Shown: positions 48,910 to 60,408 of the stretch, piece by piece
Numbering within the stretch: the stretch's first letter is position 1
Layout of the letters: the number at the start of each line of letters is the position of its first letter
NCBI RefSeq assembly: GCF_000372725.1
Contig: NW_005202428.1
Span: forward strand, 186,001-250,000
Origin: Emiliania huxleyi CCMP1516
Lineage: Eukaryota
Length of the DNA stretch: 64,000 nucleotides
Direction of reading: 5' to 3'
Translations under genes and position numbers: made by a program
Notes under the pieces: generated by a model
What the model was told of the DNA's origin: nothing
The model's database searches: none
The model's input: the letters and a program-made list of their open reading frames with translations, nothing else

Positions 48910-50312
48910 CTCAGTCGGCGTGCCCAACGACACGGGGGAGGGCCGCACGGGCGTGCGACTAGTTGCAAACAGTCTCACGTGGAAACCCCACCAAAAGGGG
49001 GTTCTCGAATCTTGAACCGCCAATGGCAGTTATCGGTTGTGCGGACGTCGCCGCGGCTCGCCTCTGCCGCGGCGGCTGCTGCGCGCACGCGGCGGCGCCG
49101 CTCTCTCGCGAGACGGCTGGCGACGCGGCTCGCGGCCGACGTACGCTGCGCTCGTCCGACCGCCCGCGGCGTGGCGTGCGCGGCGCTGCGCGCCGCTCTG
49201 CGAGCGCTTCTGCGCTGCTGTCACACTGCACTGTCTCTCTCTGGTGCTGCTGCTGGTGGTGATGTTGCTGCTGCTGGTGCACATGCTGCTGCTGGCGCGG
49301 CGCGGCTCTGCGACTCGGCTCGAGACGCGCGGCCGAGCCTCACCAGACCATCCTCCGGGTGGTGGTGGAGGATGAGGGGCGGCTGGTGGCGTACGAGACG
49401 GCGATGCTCGGCTCCCTCCGCTGCGGCTACCGCTGCCTGCACCTGCGCTCGCCCAGCGGCACGCTGATCGACTCGTGCTGCCTCCTGCTCCACATCTCCG
49501 TCTCCACCGAGCCAAACACCTACGGCACTGTCGATGAGCTGCGCAGCAGGGTGCAGTCGCAGCGCTCGCGCATCAGCCAGCAGAGCCGCGACATCCACCA
49601 CTTAAGCGCAGAGCTCTCGCGGCTCGGAAGCCAGTCGTCGTCGCCGGCGCTGTCCCCCGCGCCGAGCCGTTGGAGCGCACGCTGGCCGCTGGAGCTAGCG
49701 CTGGATGCGGGGGTCAACGGGGCTCGCGCAGGCCGGCCGTCGCCGATCGCGCTGCCTCCCGGCGCCACGCTGACAGTCGGTCGCGACGCGTCGAGCGGCG
49801 TTGCCCTTGTCCCGCACGATACGCAGCGCATCTCGCGTTTCCACGCCTCGCTCCACGTCGCCGCAGACGGCCGCAGCGTCCGGCTCGAAGACGTCTCGCG
49901 TAACAGCGGCTGCCGCGTGCAGCAGCCGGGTGGCGAGCCGGTCCTCCTGCAGTCTACGGCCGAGGAGGTGGCGAGCGCCCAGCTGCGTGAGGGAAGCGTG
50001 CTAACCTTTGGGCAGCCCGATGCGGAGGACGAGTTTCGCTACGTCCTTCTCGCTGCTGGCACCCTCAGCAAGGACAGTGATGACTCCAGCTGCGACGGCG
50101 ACAACGAAAGTGAGCGCGCTTGGCCGCCTTTGCTGACCGCCGCCTTCGCTGCCGCCGCCTTCGCCGCGGGGACCTCCTCCTCATCGCCCTTGGTGCCGCC
50201 CAAGCTCCGGACCCGCCCCTCTGGCCCGAGGCCGCTCGCCTTTTACGCCGGCGCTGGCATCTCCCCCGCTTCGGCGCCACAGCAGCGCCGCTGCGTGCCA
50301 CTACGGCTTTAA
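48910..50312 (+). pseudogene. 3' fragment: PI-PLC-type C2 domain + coiled coil + FHA domain
   Basis: VGVPNDT...RT and LRVVVEDE...LGSLRCGYRCLHLRSPSG (PLC C2); LTVGRD...RISRFHASL...LEDVSRNSGC...LREGSVLTFG (FHA). No PLC X/Y domain upstream. Confidence 0.65.
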
Positions 50313-50486
50313 AGTAAGGCACCCCACCCGGCATCCACGCACCACGGGGACGGAGTTTACAGTTGTGGAGGCTGGAGCCGACCAATGTGAATGTACGCAC
50401 ATGTTACAACCGAGACGATCCAGGTAGCCGATCCGCATGACCGAGATCACCGCGCGACCAAGTGCTGCTCTGCGCACAAAAGGCCC

Positions 50487-52322
50487 CTACTCCATCTCGC
50501 GCGTGATGGCGAAGCCCAAGACGCAGTGGCCAAAGTCGAGCGCCGCGATGCCGTTCGTGGCTCCGGCCGAGTCGAGGTGGTACCGCTCGTGGATCTCGTA
50601 GATCGAGCGGACGAGGAGCGCCGCCCTCTTGCGGGCCGCCGCGGGGAAGAGCGAGTGGCTTGCCGGCGACCACGGCGCCGCCGCCCGCCGGACCAGCGCC
50701 GCCGCCTCGCCCTCGCCGCCCGCGGCGCGCCTCAGCGGCGTCGGCTCGCCCTCGTGCAAGCTTGCGCCGCTGCGCAGGAGGGAGGTGGCGCGGGCGGCGG
50801 TGAGGGTCTCAAGGTGCGCGAGCGGCGTCCAGCCGCGGCTGGCGACCAGCCAGGCGGCGAGGTCGGCGTGGCCTTGGCTGTTTGCAATCTCCTCGGGCGT
50901 GCCGAAGGGCGTAGCGGCGCGGGAGGCGCTGTAGGAGGAGAGGAGCTTGGCGACCTCGAGGTGGCCACTGTTGCACGCCATGAAAAGCGGCGTGGCGCCG
51001 TCGTTGCGGGCTTGGCTTACCGCTGCGCCAGCCTCGAGGAGCAGCCGAACGCACTCGAGGTGGCCGTTCTGGCATGCCAAGAACAGCGGCGTGGCGCCTT
51101 GCTCATCGGCTTGGTCGATTGCCGCGCCAGCCTCGCGGAGCAGCTGGGCGATCTCGACGTGGCCCTTCTGGCACGCGATATTCAGCGGCGTGGCGCCGCT
51201 CTGCTTGGCTTGGTTGACCACTGCGCCGGCCTCGAGAAGCAGCCGGGCGCACTCGAGCTGGCCCTGCTGGCACGCCATGAACAGCGGCGTGGCGCCGTTC
51301 TGCTTGGCTTGGTCGACCGCCGCGCCAGCCTCGAGAAGCAGCCGAACGCACTCGACCTGGCCCTGCTGGCACGCAACGAACAGCGGCGTGGCGCCTGTCT
51401 CATCGGCTTGGTCGGCCGCCGCGTTGGCCTCGACGAGCAGCCGCGCGATCTCGAGGTGGCCCATGTAGCACGCGTCGTACAGCGGCGTGAAGCCTTTAGC
51501 GTCTGCATGAGCCACCGCCGCGCCAGCCTCGAGGAGCAGCCGGGCGACCTCGAGCTCGTTGTTCTGGCACGCTGCGAACAGCGGCGTGACACCGTCCTCG
51601 TCCGCCTGGTCCATCGCGACGCCAGCCTCGAGGAGCAGCCGGGCGATCTCGAGGTGGCCCTTCTGGCACGCAATGTACAGCGGCGTGGCGCCTGTGTCAT
51701 CGGCTTGGTTGGCCGCCGCGTTGGCCTCGACGAGCAGCTGCGCGATCTCGAGGTGGCCCATGTAGCACGCGATGGACAGCGGCGTGGTGCCCTCCTCATC
51801 GGCTTGGTTGATGTCAGCGTCGCGCAGCAGCTGGGCGCACTCAAGGTGGCCGTTCTGGCACGCGATGTACAGCGGCGTGGTACCATCGTTCATCGCTTGG
51901 TTGATGTCAGCGTCGGTCGCGAGAAGCAGCCGGGCGATTTCGGGGTGGTTGTTCTGGCACGCCTTGAACAGCGGCGTGCAGCCGTCCTCATTCGCTTGAT
52001 CGGTCGCCGCGCCAGCCTCGACGAGCAGCCGGGCGCACTCAATCTGCCCCTCCTGGCACGCGATATACAGCGCGGAAGCGCCGCCGCCAGTCGTCGCCCC
52101 GACGCTCGCGCCGCCCTCGAGCAGCAGCCGCACCGCCTCGGCCTGCCCGTGCCGAGCGGCCCAGGTGAGCAGCGTGTCCCGCCTCTCGGTGTCGTGCCGC
52201 GCGTCGAGCTGGGCCGCGAGCGACGTGCCGCGCGTCCGCCGCCCAGAGAGGAATGCGCGCAGCGAGGCCAGGTCGCCCCGAGCCAGGTCGGCAAGCTGGG
52301 TTGGGAGGATGGCGCCGCTCAT
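50487..52322 (-). CDS. Ankyrin-repeat protein (~13-14 repeats, intronless)
   Basis: GATPLFxACQxGHLExARLLLEAGAAVDQA repeats and a C-terminal PWSPASHSLFP tail; ATG at 52322. Confidence 0.93.
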   Translation of the reverse strand: MSGAILPTQLADLARGDLASLRAFLSGRRTRGTSLAAQLDARHDTERRDTLLTWAARHGQAEAVRLLLEGGASVGATTGGGASALYIACQEGQIECARLLVEAGAATDQANEDGCTPLFKACQNNHPEIARLLLATDADINQAMNDGTTPLYIACQNGHLECAQLLRDADINQADEEGTTPLSIACYMGHLEIAQLLVEANAAANQADDTGATPLYIACQKGHLEIARLLLEAGVAMDQADEDGVTPLFAACQNNELEVARLLLEAGAAVAHADAKGFTPLYDACYMGHLEIARLLVEANAAADQADETGATPLFVACQQGQVECVRLLLEAGAAVDQAKQNGATPLFMACQQGQLECARLLLEAGAVVNQAKQSGATPLNIACQKGHVEIAQLLREAGAAIDQADEQGATPLFLACQNGHLECVRLLLEAGAAVSQARNDGATPLFMACNSGHLEVAKLLSSYSASRAATPFGTPEEIANSQGHADLAAWLVASRGWTPLAHLETLTAARATSLLRSGASLHEGEPTPLRRAAGGEGEAAALVRRAAAPWSPASHSLFPAAARKRAALLVRSIYEIHERYHLDSAGATNGIAALDFGHCVLGFAITREME

Positions 52323-52379
52323 GCCGCCAGAAAGAAGAAACAGTCGGCAAGAAAAAAAACAGAAAAAAAGTTCACCTCT

Positions 52380-52704
52380 CCTCTTAAAGGCGGCCGCGTC
52401 CTCCGCGCTGCGCGAGCCCTTGGGGAGATCCTGCGGCATGCACGCAGAGTCAATCCAGACGCGCTCAATCTTCTTGCCGGCGGGCGACTTGAGGAAGCCC
52501 TTGAGCGCGTTGAGCTGCTCGCCATCGGGGTCTGGTCTGATATGGCTGCATCCATCGGTGCGAGACTGCTAAGGTTGTCTCAATGTGGGTGCCCTTCACC
52601 ACGTCGGCGTAGTCGAGCGACACTTTGACGAGCGGCTCATCGGTGATGAACTTGTCCCGGTCGGAGGTCCCTGAGACACTGAGATTGCCATCTTCCAGAG
52701 CCAT
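52380..52704 (-). pseudogene. Frameshifted HET-like domain fragment
   Basis: LAVSHRWMQP / PDGEQLNALKGFL...VWIDSACMPQ split across two frames. Confidence 0.6.
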
Positions 52705-52728
52705 GGCTGGTGGTAATTCGATGGCAGC

Positions 52729-53024
52729 CGCACGTGATGACTGTCTCGGGCGCGCAGCGCTCCTGCGCCAACGCGCTGCCGCTCTGGCGGTCCCATCTTG
52801 CGGCCACTCGCCGCTGCTGCCCCCCGAATTGGCCGCACTTGCTCCCGTGCCTGCGAGGGGGGCGCGACGCGGCTGCGCGCGCAGGAGACAGCACCGCGGC
52901 AGCCGAGTTTGAGGCGGAGCTCCACCGCGTCCTCGACGTGCTCAAGCCGAAGTGTTTGGACGTCACCGGCGGGCCGGGGTGATTGGTTTTGAATAAGCAA
53001 GACAAAAACAACCGGCGTGACACA
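52729..53024 (+). repeat. ~295-bp near-identical duplicate of the SET gene 3' end (48534-48828)
   Basis: Direct sequence match with a one-A indel. Confidence 0.95.
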
Positions 53025-53446
53025 TGCGCCTGTGGCAGCCCTACCGCGGCTCTTTTTCCTTTCCCTCTCGATTGTAGTCGCATTGCGGGTTGCGGCGGCT
53101 TTCTACCTTTGCCGGTGATAGTACTAGCACGCGCCAGTTCGCACCTGTGTCGAGCCTGTCTGCTGTGAGAGAGAGTTCTTTTGTTTAAACTACCTTTGTT
53201 GCAGATTCGAAAAATGCGAGGTGGCTGTCGCCACACGGCCTGTGTTGACATACTAGTTACTATAGTGTACACATGGAGTGGCGTTCGTGAGTTCCCCTTC
53301 CCGCGTCAATACTTTGGGTCCTTGGACTGGCGCAGGTTGATTGCGTTCGGTTGCAGCAGTTGACAAAGCCCGCCGCCAATTTGCACGGGTCGGCCGGAGA
53401 GAGAGAGCCGCGATCAGCTGTGGAGGGGGAGAGAGCGCTCCCGACC

Positions 53447-53715
53447 TCAGTCTCGCGTGAGGATGTATAGCTGGGAGGCGGGAGAGGCGTTGGAGACAAC
53501 ACTGTAATCGTAGAGGCCGTCGACGATCGGCCCGAGCTTGATGATATGGTAGTTGCCGTACTTGGCCTTCTGCCCTTCTCCGGCCCGCCGCCGCAGCACT
53601 GTCGCGCACGGCCTGAGGGAGACCGTGAGGGCGCCCTGCGCGTCGTCGGGCGACTGCACCACAAACCCTTTGAGCCCCCACCCGAGGCACTTCGTGGGGT
53701 TCTTTTGGACGCAAA
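53447..53715 (-). pseudogene. Lipocalin C-terminal fragment
   Basis: GNYHIIKLGPIVDGLYDYSVVSN...LYILTRD; no N-terminal GxW motif. Confidence 0.6.
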
Positions 53716-53951
53716 ATTCTTTTTCAATGAGGTTCCGGGCAGCCGGTCGTCGTGAGAGAGAGAGAGATCTTCTCTTGTCGCCGTCGGAGTCCTCGTCAGC
53801 CAGCTCGATGGGATCGGTACTAGCCGCCCCGCGCTTCATGAGATCAGTGTTGGATGCGCGTCCGGGACGTCGTCGCGGTGTATGGGGGAAAACATTCACA
53901 GCGCCGAGATTGAAAGGTGGAGCGCGTCTCGGTCAGAGCACTCCCTCCGCC

Positions 53952-54857
53952 ATGCTGGTCGAGCACCTGCCAACTGCCGCGACGGCGCACTGGCACAACT
54001 TCCTCTACCGCACCGAGGCCAGGCACTGGCGCAGCCTCTGGTGCCGCTGGAGCCCGAGCGGCGACCTCGTGGACCGCTTCGAGGCCGAGCGGATTTTCGA
54101 GCCGCTCGAAGACCGAGACTCGTGCACGCAGCGGAACGTTTACCACTACAGCGACGATCGGGGCCTTGTCCGAGAGGGGCCACTGTGCGGCCCGTGGGTC
54201 ATGACCGCGGAAGCCTGCGCGACTGACGTGGGCATCATCCACCCTGCGCGCCAAGGCATGACCACTCTGCTGGCGGGCCCGGGCGGGCCCTGCGCGTGGT
54301 GCTCAACCGACACGGCTTCCGGGCTGCCATGCTTCGCCGAGCTCTTCCTACACCACGGCGAGGAGCTCCGCATGTCTGCCGGCATCATACACTCCAGTGA
54401 GGGTCAGCTGGAGCGTCTCGCGCTCATCCGGGAGGACGCGGCCACGTGGCCTAGCTCCGGCTGGACGGGGAGCGACGAGGCACGCGTGCTGCCCAACGCG
54501 GCTGCTTGCGTCGAGGCTTTGTGCTCCTCCTCTCGTGACTCCTCCCTCCTGCAGCCGGGACGCACCGGCAGCGGCCACGCCATCTTCGCGTCTGGCTTGC
54601 GGCAGGAGGAGCTCCAAGGCGTCGAGTGGCGGCAAACCCTGATGGCAAGAGCCGACGCTGACGCGAGCTCCCACTGCTTCATGCTCCTCGACGAGGGGTC
54701 GGTTGCACTCGTCTCACCCAAGTGGCGAGTAGCTGGACGGCCGTTTGGAAGCGCTGCCGCGTGGAGCCCGCGGGGGGGTGGCAAGCTGTACTATGTGGAG
54801 GCGTCTTGGGACGGTGCGGGTGCCGTCGAGCATGTGCGACATCTCGTGTTCGGCTAG
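53952..54857 (+). CDS. DUF3598-like protein (intronless)
   Basis: HWHNF...WRSLWCRWSPSG...TQRNVY...ELFLHHGEELRMSAGIIHSSEGQLERLALIRE. Confidence 0.65.
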   Translation: MLVEHLPTAATAHWHNFLYRTEARHWRSLWCRWSPSGDLVDRFEAERIFEPLEDRDSCTQRNVYHYSDDRGLVREGPLCGPWVMTAEACATDVGIIHPARQGMTTLLAGPGGPCAWCSTDTASGLPCFAELFLHHGEELRMSAGIIHSSEGQLERLALIREDAATWPSSGWTGSDEARVLPNAAACVEALCSSSRDSSLLQPGRTGSGHAIFASGLRQEELQGVEWRQTLMARADADASSHCFMLLDEGSVALVSPKWRVAGRPFGSAAAWSPRGGGKLYYVEASWDGAGAVEHVRHLVFG

Positions 54858-57800
54858 CCAGCGGCCAGCAGCAGCACGGACCGCGGTCGCAGCTAGGTCG
54901 GTGCGGCGACGGTATGCGGCGGTCGCCGCCCACCACCCTGCCCCCCCCTGGTATGCCAGCGCCCGGTCCCTTGCCCTCTCTCGCCCTTGCTCTTCCTAAT
55001 CTCCCCCTCCATGCCGTCCCCCCCCCCCCCCCCTCCCTCCTCGCATATGCTGGGCCACTCCGAGGGCCACACACGCCATACAGGCACACACATCACAAGC
55101 TTGGCTGCCGTTTACATAACAAGGGGGCGCTAGGGGGACGATCGGAGATTTGGCTTAATTCATGTTCATGTAATTGTCGAGTTTGATAAAGGGCATTCAT
55201 CTAGAAAACCCCGGCTCTATGAAAACATGGAGAATAGCATGATTTGCACATGATTTGTGATATAATGATGGGTCTATTGATATCATGAGTAAGAATTCAT
55301 GGTCGTGCTATCATACCCCCGCGCCGCACAGACGAAGTGCCCGCCGTTCTCCATGGCGCGCGTAGCTATGACAGGGACCGCGGCCGCGGACCCGGTGGCG
55401 GACGGGGCTGGTGCGCAAGCGCCGGCCACCGTCGTGCCGCCGGGGATGCGCAGCGGACGCTGGAATAGCTCCGATCGCGTGCAACTGGAGGACGCGGTGA
55501 TGGTCGCAAGGATCGCAGGTGGGGTGCGTCGCAGGTCAGGCTGATAAGGCCTGGCTACGCGACCATCGAGATCGACCTGAAGCACGAGAAGGCCGCGGGC
55601 GACCGCGAGTCGGTGCAGGTGGCGGAGCGCTCGTACGTCGAGCGCACCGCGCCGAAGAAGAAGGATCCCACCAAGGAGCAGCTCGCGGCTCGAGCCGCGG
55701 CACGCAAGGCCAAGAAGGCCCGGCAGAAGGCGCGCCGGGCGACGGAGGCTGGCGAGCGCGCCGCGAGCGAGGCCGAGCGCGCGGAGGCCCCGCGGGCGCA
55801 GCTGCGCGAGAACATCCAGTACGTGATGGCCGGGCTGCGGACTGCAGCTGCGCAGACGCGCAGCCAGGCCGGGGCAAAATAGAGGTCGAATACTCGCTGC
55901 CCCCGGAGAGGGACGACGGGTATCGGCGCGGCCCCAGCAAGGTGTACGCCAAGGTTCCCCAGGGGACCGTGGCGACGACCGTCGCCTCGGACTGGCTCGC
56001 AACCGAGCTGGCCGAGTATGGAGAGATTGATGCGGCATGCCGCGACAGATTTGTCATGCACCTGATGACGGCCGCCGGCGCCTCGGCGCCGGCCGACGCC
56101 GTGTTCAGGTTCACAGCCGGCGAGGCGATGCAGACCTCTCGCCCGACCTCCGCGTCGGGCGAGGACGACGACGAGGACGCCGACCGCTCCGAGGAGTATT
56201 CCAACGACGGGAGGCTGTCCGACTAGCTGGCCTCACCCATATCTTACCCCTTCTGCCCCCCCCTCCTCCGACCCCCCAGGCTAGATGGAGTAGTCACAGA
56301 TAAGCCGGATGAAGATTCTGCCCCACACAGCCCCTTACCCCTTCACCCTCGCCTCGCTGCTTGGTGTTTCTGAACACGTAGTCGTCCACGCTGTGGGGGT
56401 TGTGTGCGGGTTGTGTCTGGGAGAGGGAGAGAGTGGGGTGCAGGTTGCTCACCCACGGCACCGGGCCGGTGCTTGCACTTTGAATGCCGTGGGGCTCCTG
56501 CTCGTGTCCCGGGCGTGGAGATGCGAGGGTCGCCCCCCCTTGCCCCACCACTTTGTGTGTGTGGAGACGTTTACCTTACCTTACCTTACCTTACCCCCGA
56601 GCGTGAAAACTGAAAAATTATACCGACCCCGCGGACACCGCGCGGGCCGCGACTGACCCGCGACCGCCGCAGTGTGCAGTGATCATACATAGCGCAAACA
56701 CACGTGTTCAGACGGAACAGGGGATCCCTCCCCACCTCACAACGTGATACACCCCATGCTGGGGAAGGGGGAGCTAGCCGGCCGGAGGGGAGCCCCATAG
56801 CATTTAAGTTGTAGCACTAGCCCCCCTCCCACAGGCACGCATTACAGGAAATTGAATGCTTGCAGTGTGGGTCGGTAAACGCGCATCCCGAGAGATAAAG
56901 TATTTTTGTCTGCTACCTATGGCTGCCACCAGCGTGCAGGGCAAATGTGTACCTTTAGCACGAGCGCGGAGTTTGCCCTTTCTTGGCCTGCTTTCTTCAA
57001 ACGCCCACCCCTGCTCCCTTGGTCCTTTCTTTACCTTCGGCGCCACTATTCTTGTTTCTCCTGTGGAACGTAGGATCAACCGGTGCTCATCAACCTCCAT
57101 GCCCTTGCACGTGCGAGTGGGCGCGTGCTTGTGGCGCATTCTAGTGATCCGGGACTAGGCGCTCCGTACCAGGGCCGGCCAAGGTCCTCTGCCGGTGTCA
57201 GGACAGAGACTTATGGAGGTTAGCATGCGGACGCGTGCAGACACATACATACGACAGTCTAGTTGAAGACAATAAACTTGACTCTTGAGTCCAATCTCAC
57301 TCTCACACAACTGTCCTTGTCGATGCCGGATAGTCTTGCTTGTCGATAGAGATCACGGTGGTTGATACATACCTCCTGCTACTTCGGCTTGGCCACCAAA
57401 ACGACTCTACTGGAAATAGATTGATAAAGGTGAAGAGCTGTGGAAAAGAGCGCGAAAAAGAATTTTACAACGAAACTCCCTCGCACGACCTGTGTTAGTG
57501 CCAGTGCGCGCCAGTCCCGTGCCTAGTGTCGTGCGCGAAAAAGAAATCCTCTCACTGGTGTGATGCGTGATAAACCCGTGAGTGGCGACGCAAGCTTCCG
57601 GCCGGCCATATCCCCGCAAAACCTGAAGCTCAACCGGCCACGCGGTTCTCATTCGAATCACACCCGTGGTGTCTGTCGCAGGGCATGACCGACTTGAGCG
57701 ACGACGCGTACGCGCCCGGCTTGAGCGAGCGAGAGCAGCGACAGCGAGCGTCCAACCTCTCCGAGTCTCCGGCCCGCGGCTCTCTCTCGGGCGGTGGCGA

Positions 57801-57899
57801 CGCGCGCTCCCTCTCGGAGGCAGAGGAGGGCTACGGACGGGCGGACTTCGGCGACTCCGGCGCCGCGCCAGGCCCCAACATCGACATGCAGTCGGTTCC

Positions 57900-58005
57900 T
57901 CCGGGTCAACGTGCTCGACCAGGTGCCCGCGTCCAACTCCGCGCTGCACGCGGCGGCCAAGGACGAGCACGTCAACGTCATCGGCACGCTGCTCTCTGCC
58001 CGCAG
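57900..58005 (+). pseudogene. Single ankyrin-repeat fragment
   Basis: VNVLD...NSALHAAAKDEHVNVIGTLLSA. Confidence 0.5.
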
Positions 58006-58058
58006 GTACTCTCCACGCGGGCATCGGCCCCGATACCCACACGCCCCGAGTGAGGAGA

Positions 58059-58630
58059 GTAGGCACGCGCGACGTTGGGGACGCTTGGATGTACACTACC
58101 TTCGGTGCGACTCCACACCATAGGCGCGCCGATTGCCAACGTCGCACGTAGCGTCATGATTTGCCTCTCCACTAGCCGTAGCAGCCTGTCTGTCTGGGTG
58201 GAGAGGGCTGTAGGCGCGCGACGTTGGGGACGACTGTACACTACCTTCGGTGCGAGCCACACCATAGGCGCGCCGATTGCCAACGCCGCATGTAGCGTCA
58301 TGATTTGCCTCTCCACTAGCCGTAGCAGCCTGTCTGTCTGGGTGGAGAGGGCTGTAGGCGCGCGACGTTGGGGACGACTGTACACTACCTTCGGTGCGAG
58401 CCACACCATAGGCGCGCCGATTGCCAACGTCGCACGTAGCGTCATGATTTGCCTCTCCACTAGCCGTAGCAGCCTGTCTGTCTGGGTGGAGAGGGCTGTA
58501 GGCGCGCGACGTTGGGGACGACTGTACACTACCTTCGGTGCGAGCCACACCATAGGCGCGCCGATTGCCAACGCCGCATGTAGAGTCATGATAGACGCTT
58601 TGCCTCTCCACTAGTCGTAGCAGCCTGTCT
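58059..58630. repeat. 144-bp tandem repeat x4 with alternating variants
   Basis: Units at ~58060, 58211, 58355 and 58499. Confidence 0.95.
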
Positions 58631-59111
58631 GAAGTCGCGGCGCCGGTGCCCTCGCATGTGCTCTGCTGTACTAGCCATGTTCGTTGCGCCCGCGTGTACA
58701 GTAGAAGCGCGCGCAGCTATATACATTTTTGCCGTAGTAACCGGCCAAACAAATATCGCTCCGGGCTCCGAGCGGCTAGCGTGATTTCTTTGTGTTAAAT
58801 CGCAAGTGTGATTTCAAGAGCGTGATCTTTGTGTGAAATCGCAAGGTGTGATTTCAAGAGCGTGAAAATGACGTGCCGAGCTTTGAGATATCATGACTCC
58901 ATAATGTCATGGCGAAAACCATGATATGATGCAAGCGGGGAAATCCTGATGATTTGGCGGGTTTATTTTCGCGATTTCATTAGACGAATGCGATTGCGAG
59001 GACTCGTGTCTGTCGCGATACCGCCATCGTCGCCAGGGCCTTCCCTGACCCCCTCTCCAGCGGCGCTCGCGCTGCCAGCGCGGGCCGCGGCCTCGGCGAG
59101 TTTGCGCCGCT

Positions 59112-59862
59112 GGGTTGTTGCACGAGTATATGGGCCACGATGTCTCAAATATGAGGGGTTTTGACTCCTACCGGCTCCTGACGCTATCCCTGGCAGCTCT
59201 GATGACCAGGATCAGTAGTGTTGTGATGGAGGGTGCCCATACTAGCGCAGGAGCTGCCACACTCGCCCTCACCGTCCCCTTATGGGGCCGGTTCCGCAGC
59301 CCGCGAGAGCCGACAGCGGGGCTGTGCCGCGGGTGCCTACTGCCGAGTGCCACAAACACTGCGCCGTCCCGCCATCACCTACAGGCTGTCTTGTGTGATG
59401 GTTGGGATGTCCAAACGCCACCATCTTGGCTCTTGCGACCTCAAACCCGCGAGCTGTATGGGTGGTCCTGACGTCGACAGACGCCCGATGACCACGGTGA
59501 AGCTGAGATGGAACGAGTCGACAAGTCTCGTCTGAGCCCGTGGCGGTCGCCGGCTGAGTCGCCGTGCACGGGCCGGTACCTCAGGCGTCACCTCCGCAGC
59601 CTCAGTTCTCAAACTCCACCACCTCCGCCAGGACGCCGTCGGTGGCACGTTCGGCGGCGTACTTTCTGCAGCTCCATCTCGAGTACGGCGTCGAGCCTAC
59701 TCACTCCTGTTGGATACACGCACTCCCTGGGACCCAGGGAGTGCACAGATCCAGCAAGCGGTGCGTCCCGGCAGCGCGCGCAGGCTGCGGAGCTGCAACA
59801 AACTGAGACGCTTTTTTCGGACATTTTCGACGCTTTTGGCCTATATACTCGTGCAACAACCC
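59112..59862. mobile_element. MITE-like element, GGG termini, 4-bp TSD (Sola2-like)
   Basis: TIR GGGTTGTTGCACGAGTATATRGGCCA at both ends; CGCT at 59108-59111 and 59863-59866. Confidence 0.85.
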
Positions 59863-60099
59863 CGCTCGCCGTCGTCCTGTTCGCCAAGGCCACCGCTGCG
59901 CCAAAGCCGCCGCCGGGTGTCGGCCTTCCCGTCGTGCTGCTCGCCGCTACGTTCAATCGCTGCGCTGGTGCTGCCGGCCGAGCCCACCTCGATCGCGCCC
60001 GATGACAGCTCAACGGCGGCGGCTTGTTACTGATAGGACTGAGCCAGGAGAACGGCAGGGAAGTCGAGGAAGGTGGTGAGCTGAGAGGCTGGAGAGTCG

Positions 60100-60408
60100 G
60101 CCCGCCTGCCTCCTCGACCTCCCCACGGACCTCCTGTGCGCGTCGTCTCTCGCTGCGACCCCGCCGAGACATCGCTCGCGTCGCAGCCAAGAGCGCGGCT
60201 TCGAGCTGCCGGCGCAGCTAGAGGGCGAGGGCTGCGCCGTGCGGTGGCTGTGCTATTCGGCGCTGCTGTGCGAGTCCAACCCGCCAGCGAGGGCGGCGGC
60301 CGGCGATCGGCACAGCCTCTTCATCGACGGTGAGGGGCGGCTCTCGTCGTGCGGCTCGGCGCCGCACTACAACCTAGGGCTACTCGGCCACGGCGAGGGC
60401 GTGACGCG
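60100..60408 (+). pseudogene. F-box-RCC1 5' relic with indels, truncated by a retroelement
   Basis: Aligns with 61610-61968 and 1850-2208, with frameshifts and a deletion. Confidence 0.88.

Noticed and set aside
48534..53024. LTR retrotransposon with 295-bp LTRs
   Set aside because: The repeats are SET coding sequence; no TG...CA ends, PBS or gag/pol.
56571..56595. Telomeric repeat
   Set aside because: Short internal (TTACC)n tract, not TTAGGG-type; more likely a retroelement tail or microsatellite.
55299..57400. Intact genes or Fanzor/TnpB-like nuclease
   Set aside because: Frames are broken by stops; no RuvC or zinc-finger motifs were recognised.
58059..58630. CRISPR array or 48-aa repeat protein
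   Set aside because: Units are contiguous with no unique spacers and no cas genes. The ORFs on both strands follow from a 144-bp period and lack protein-like features.
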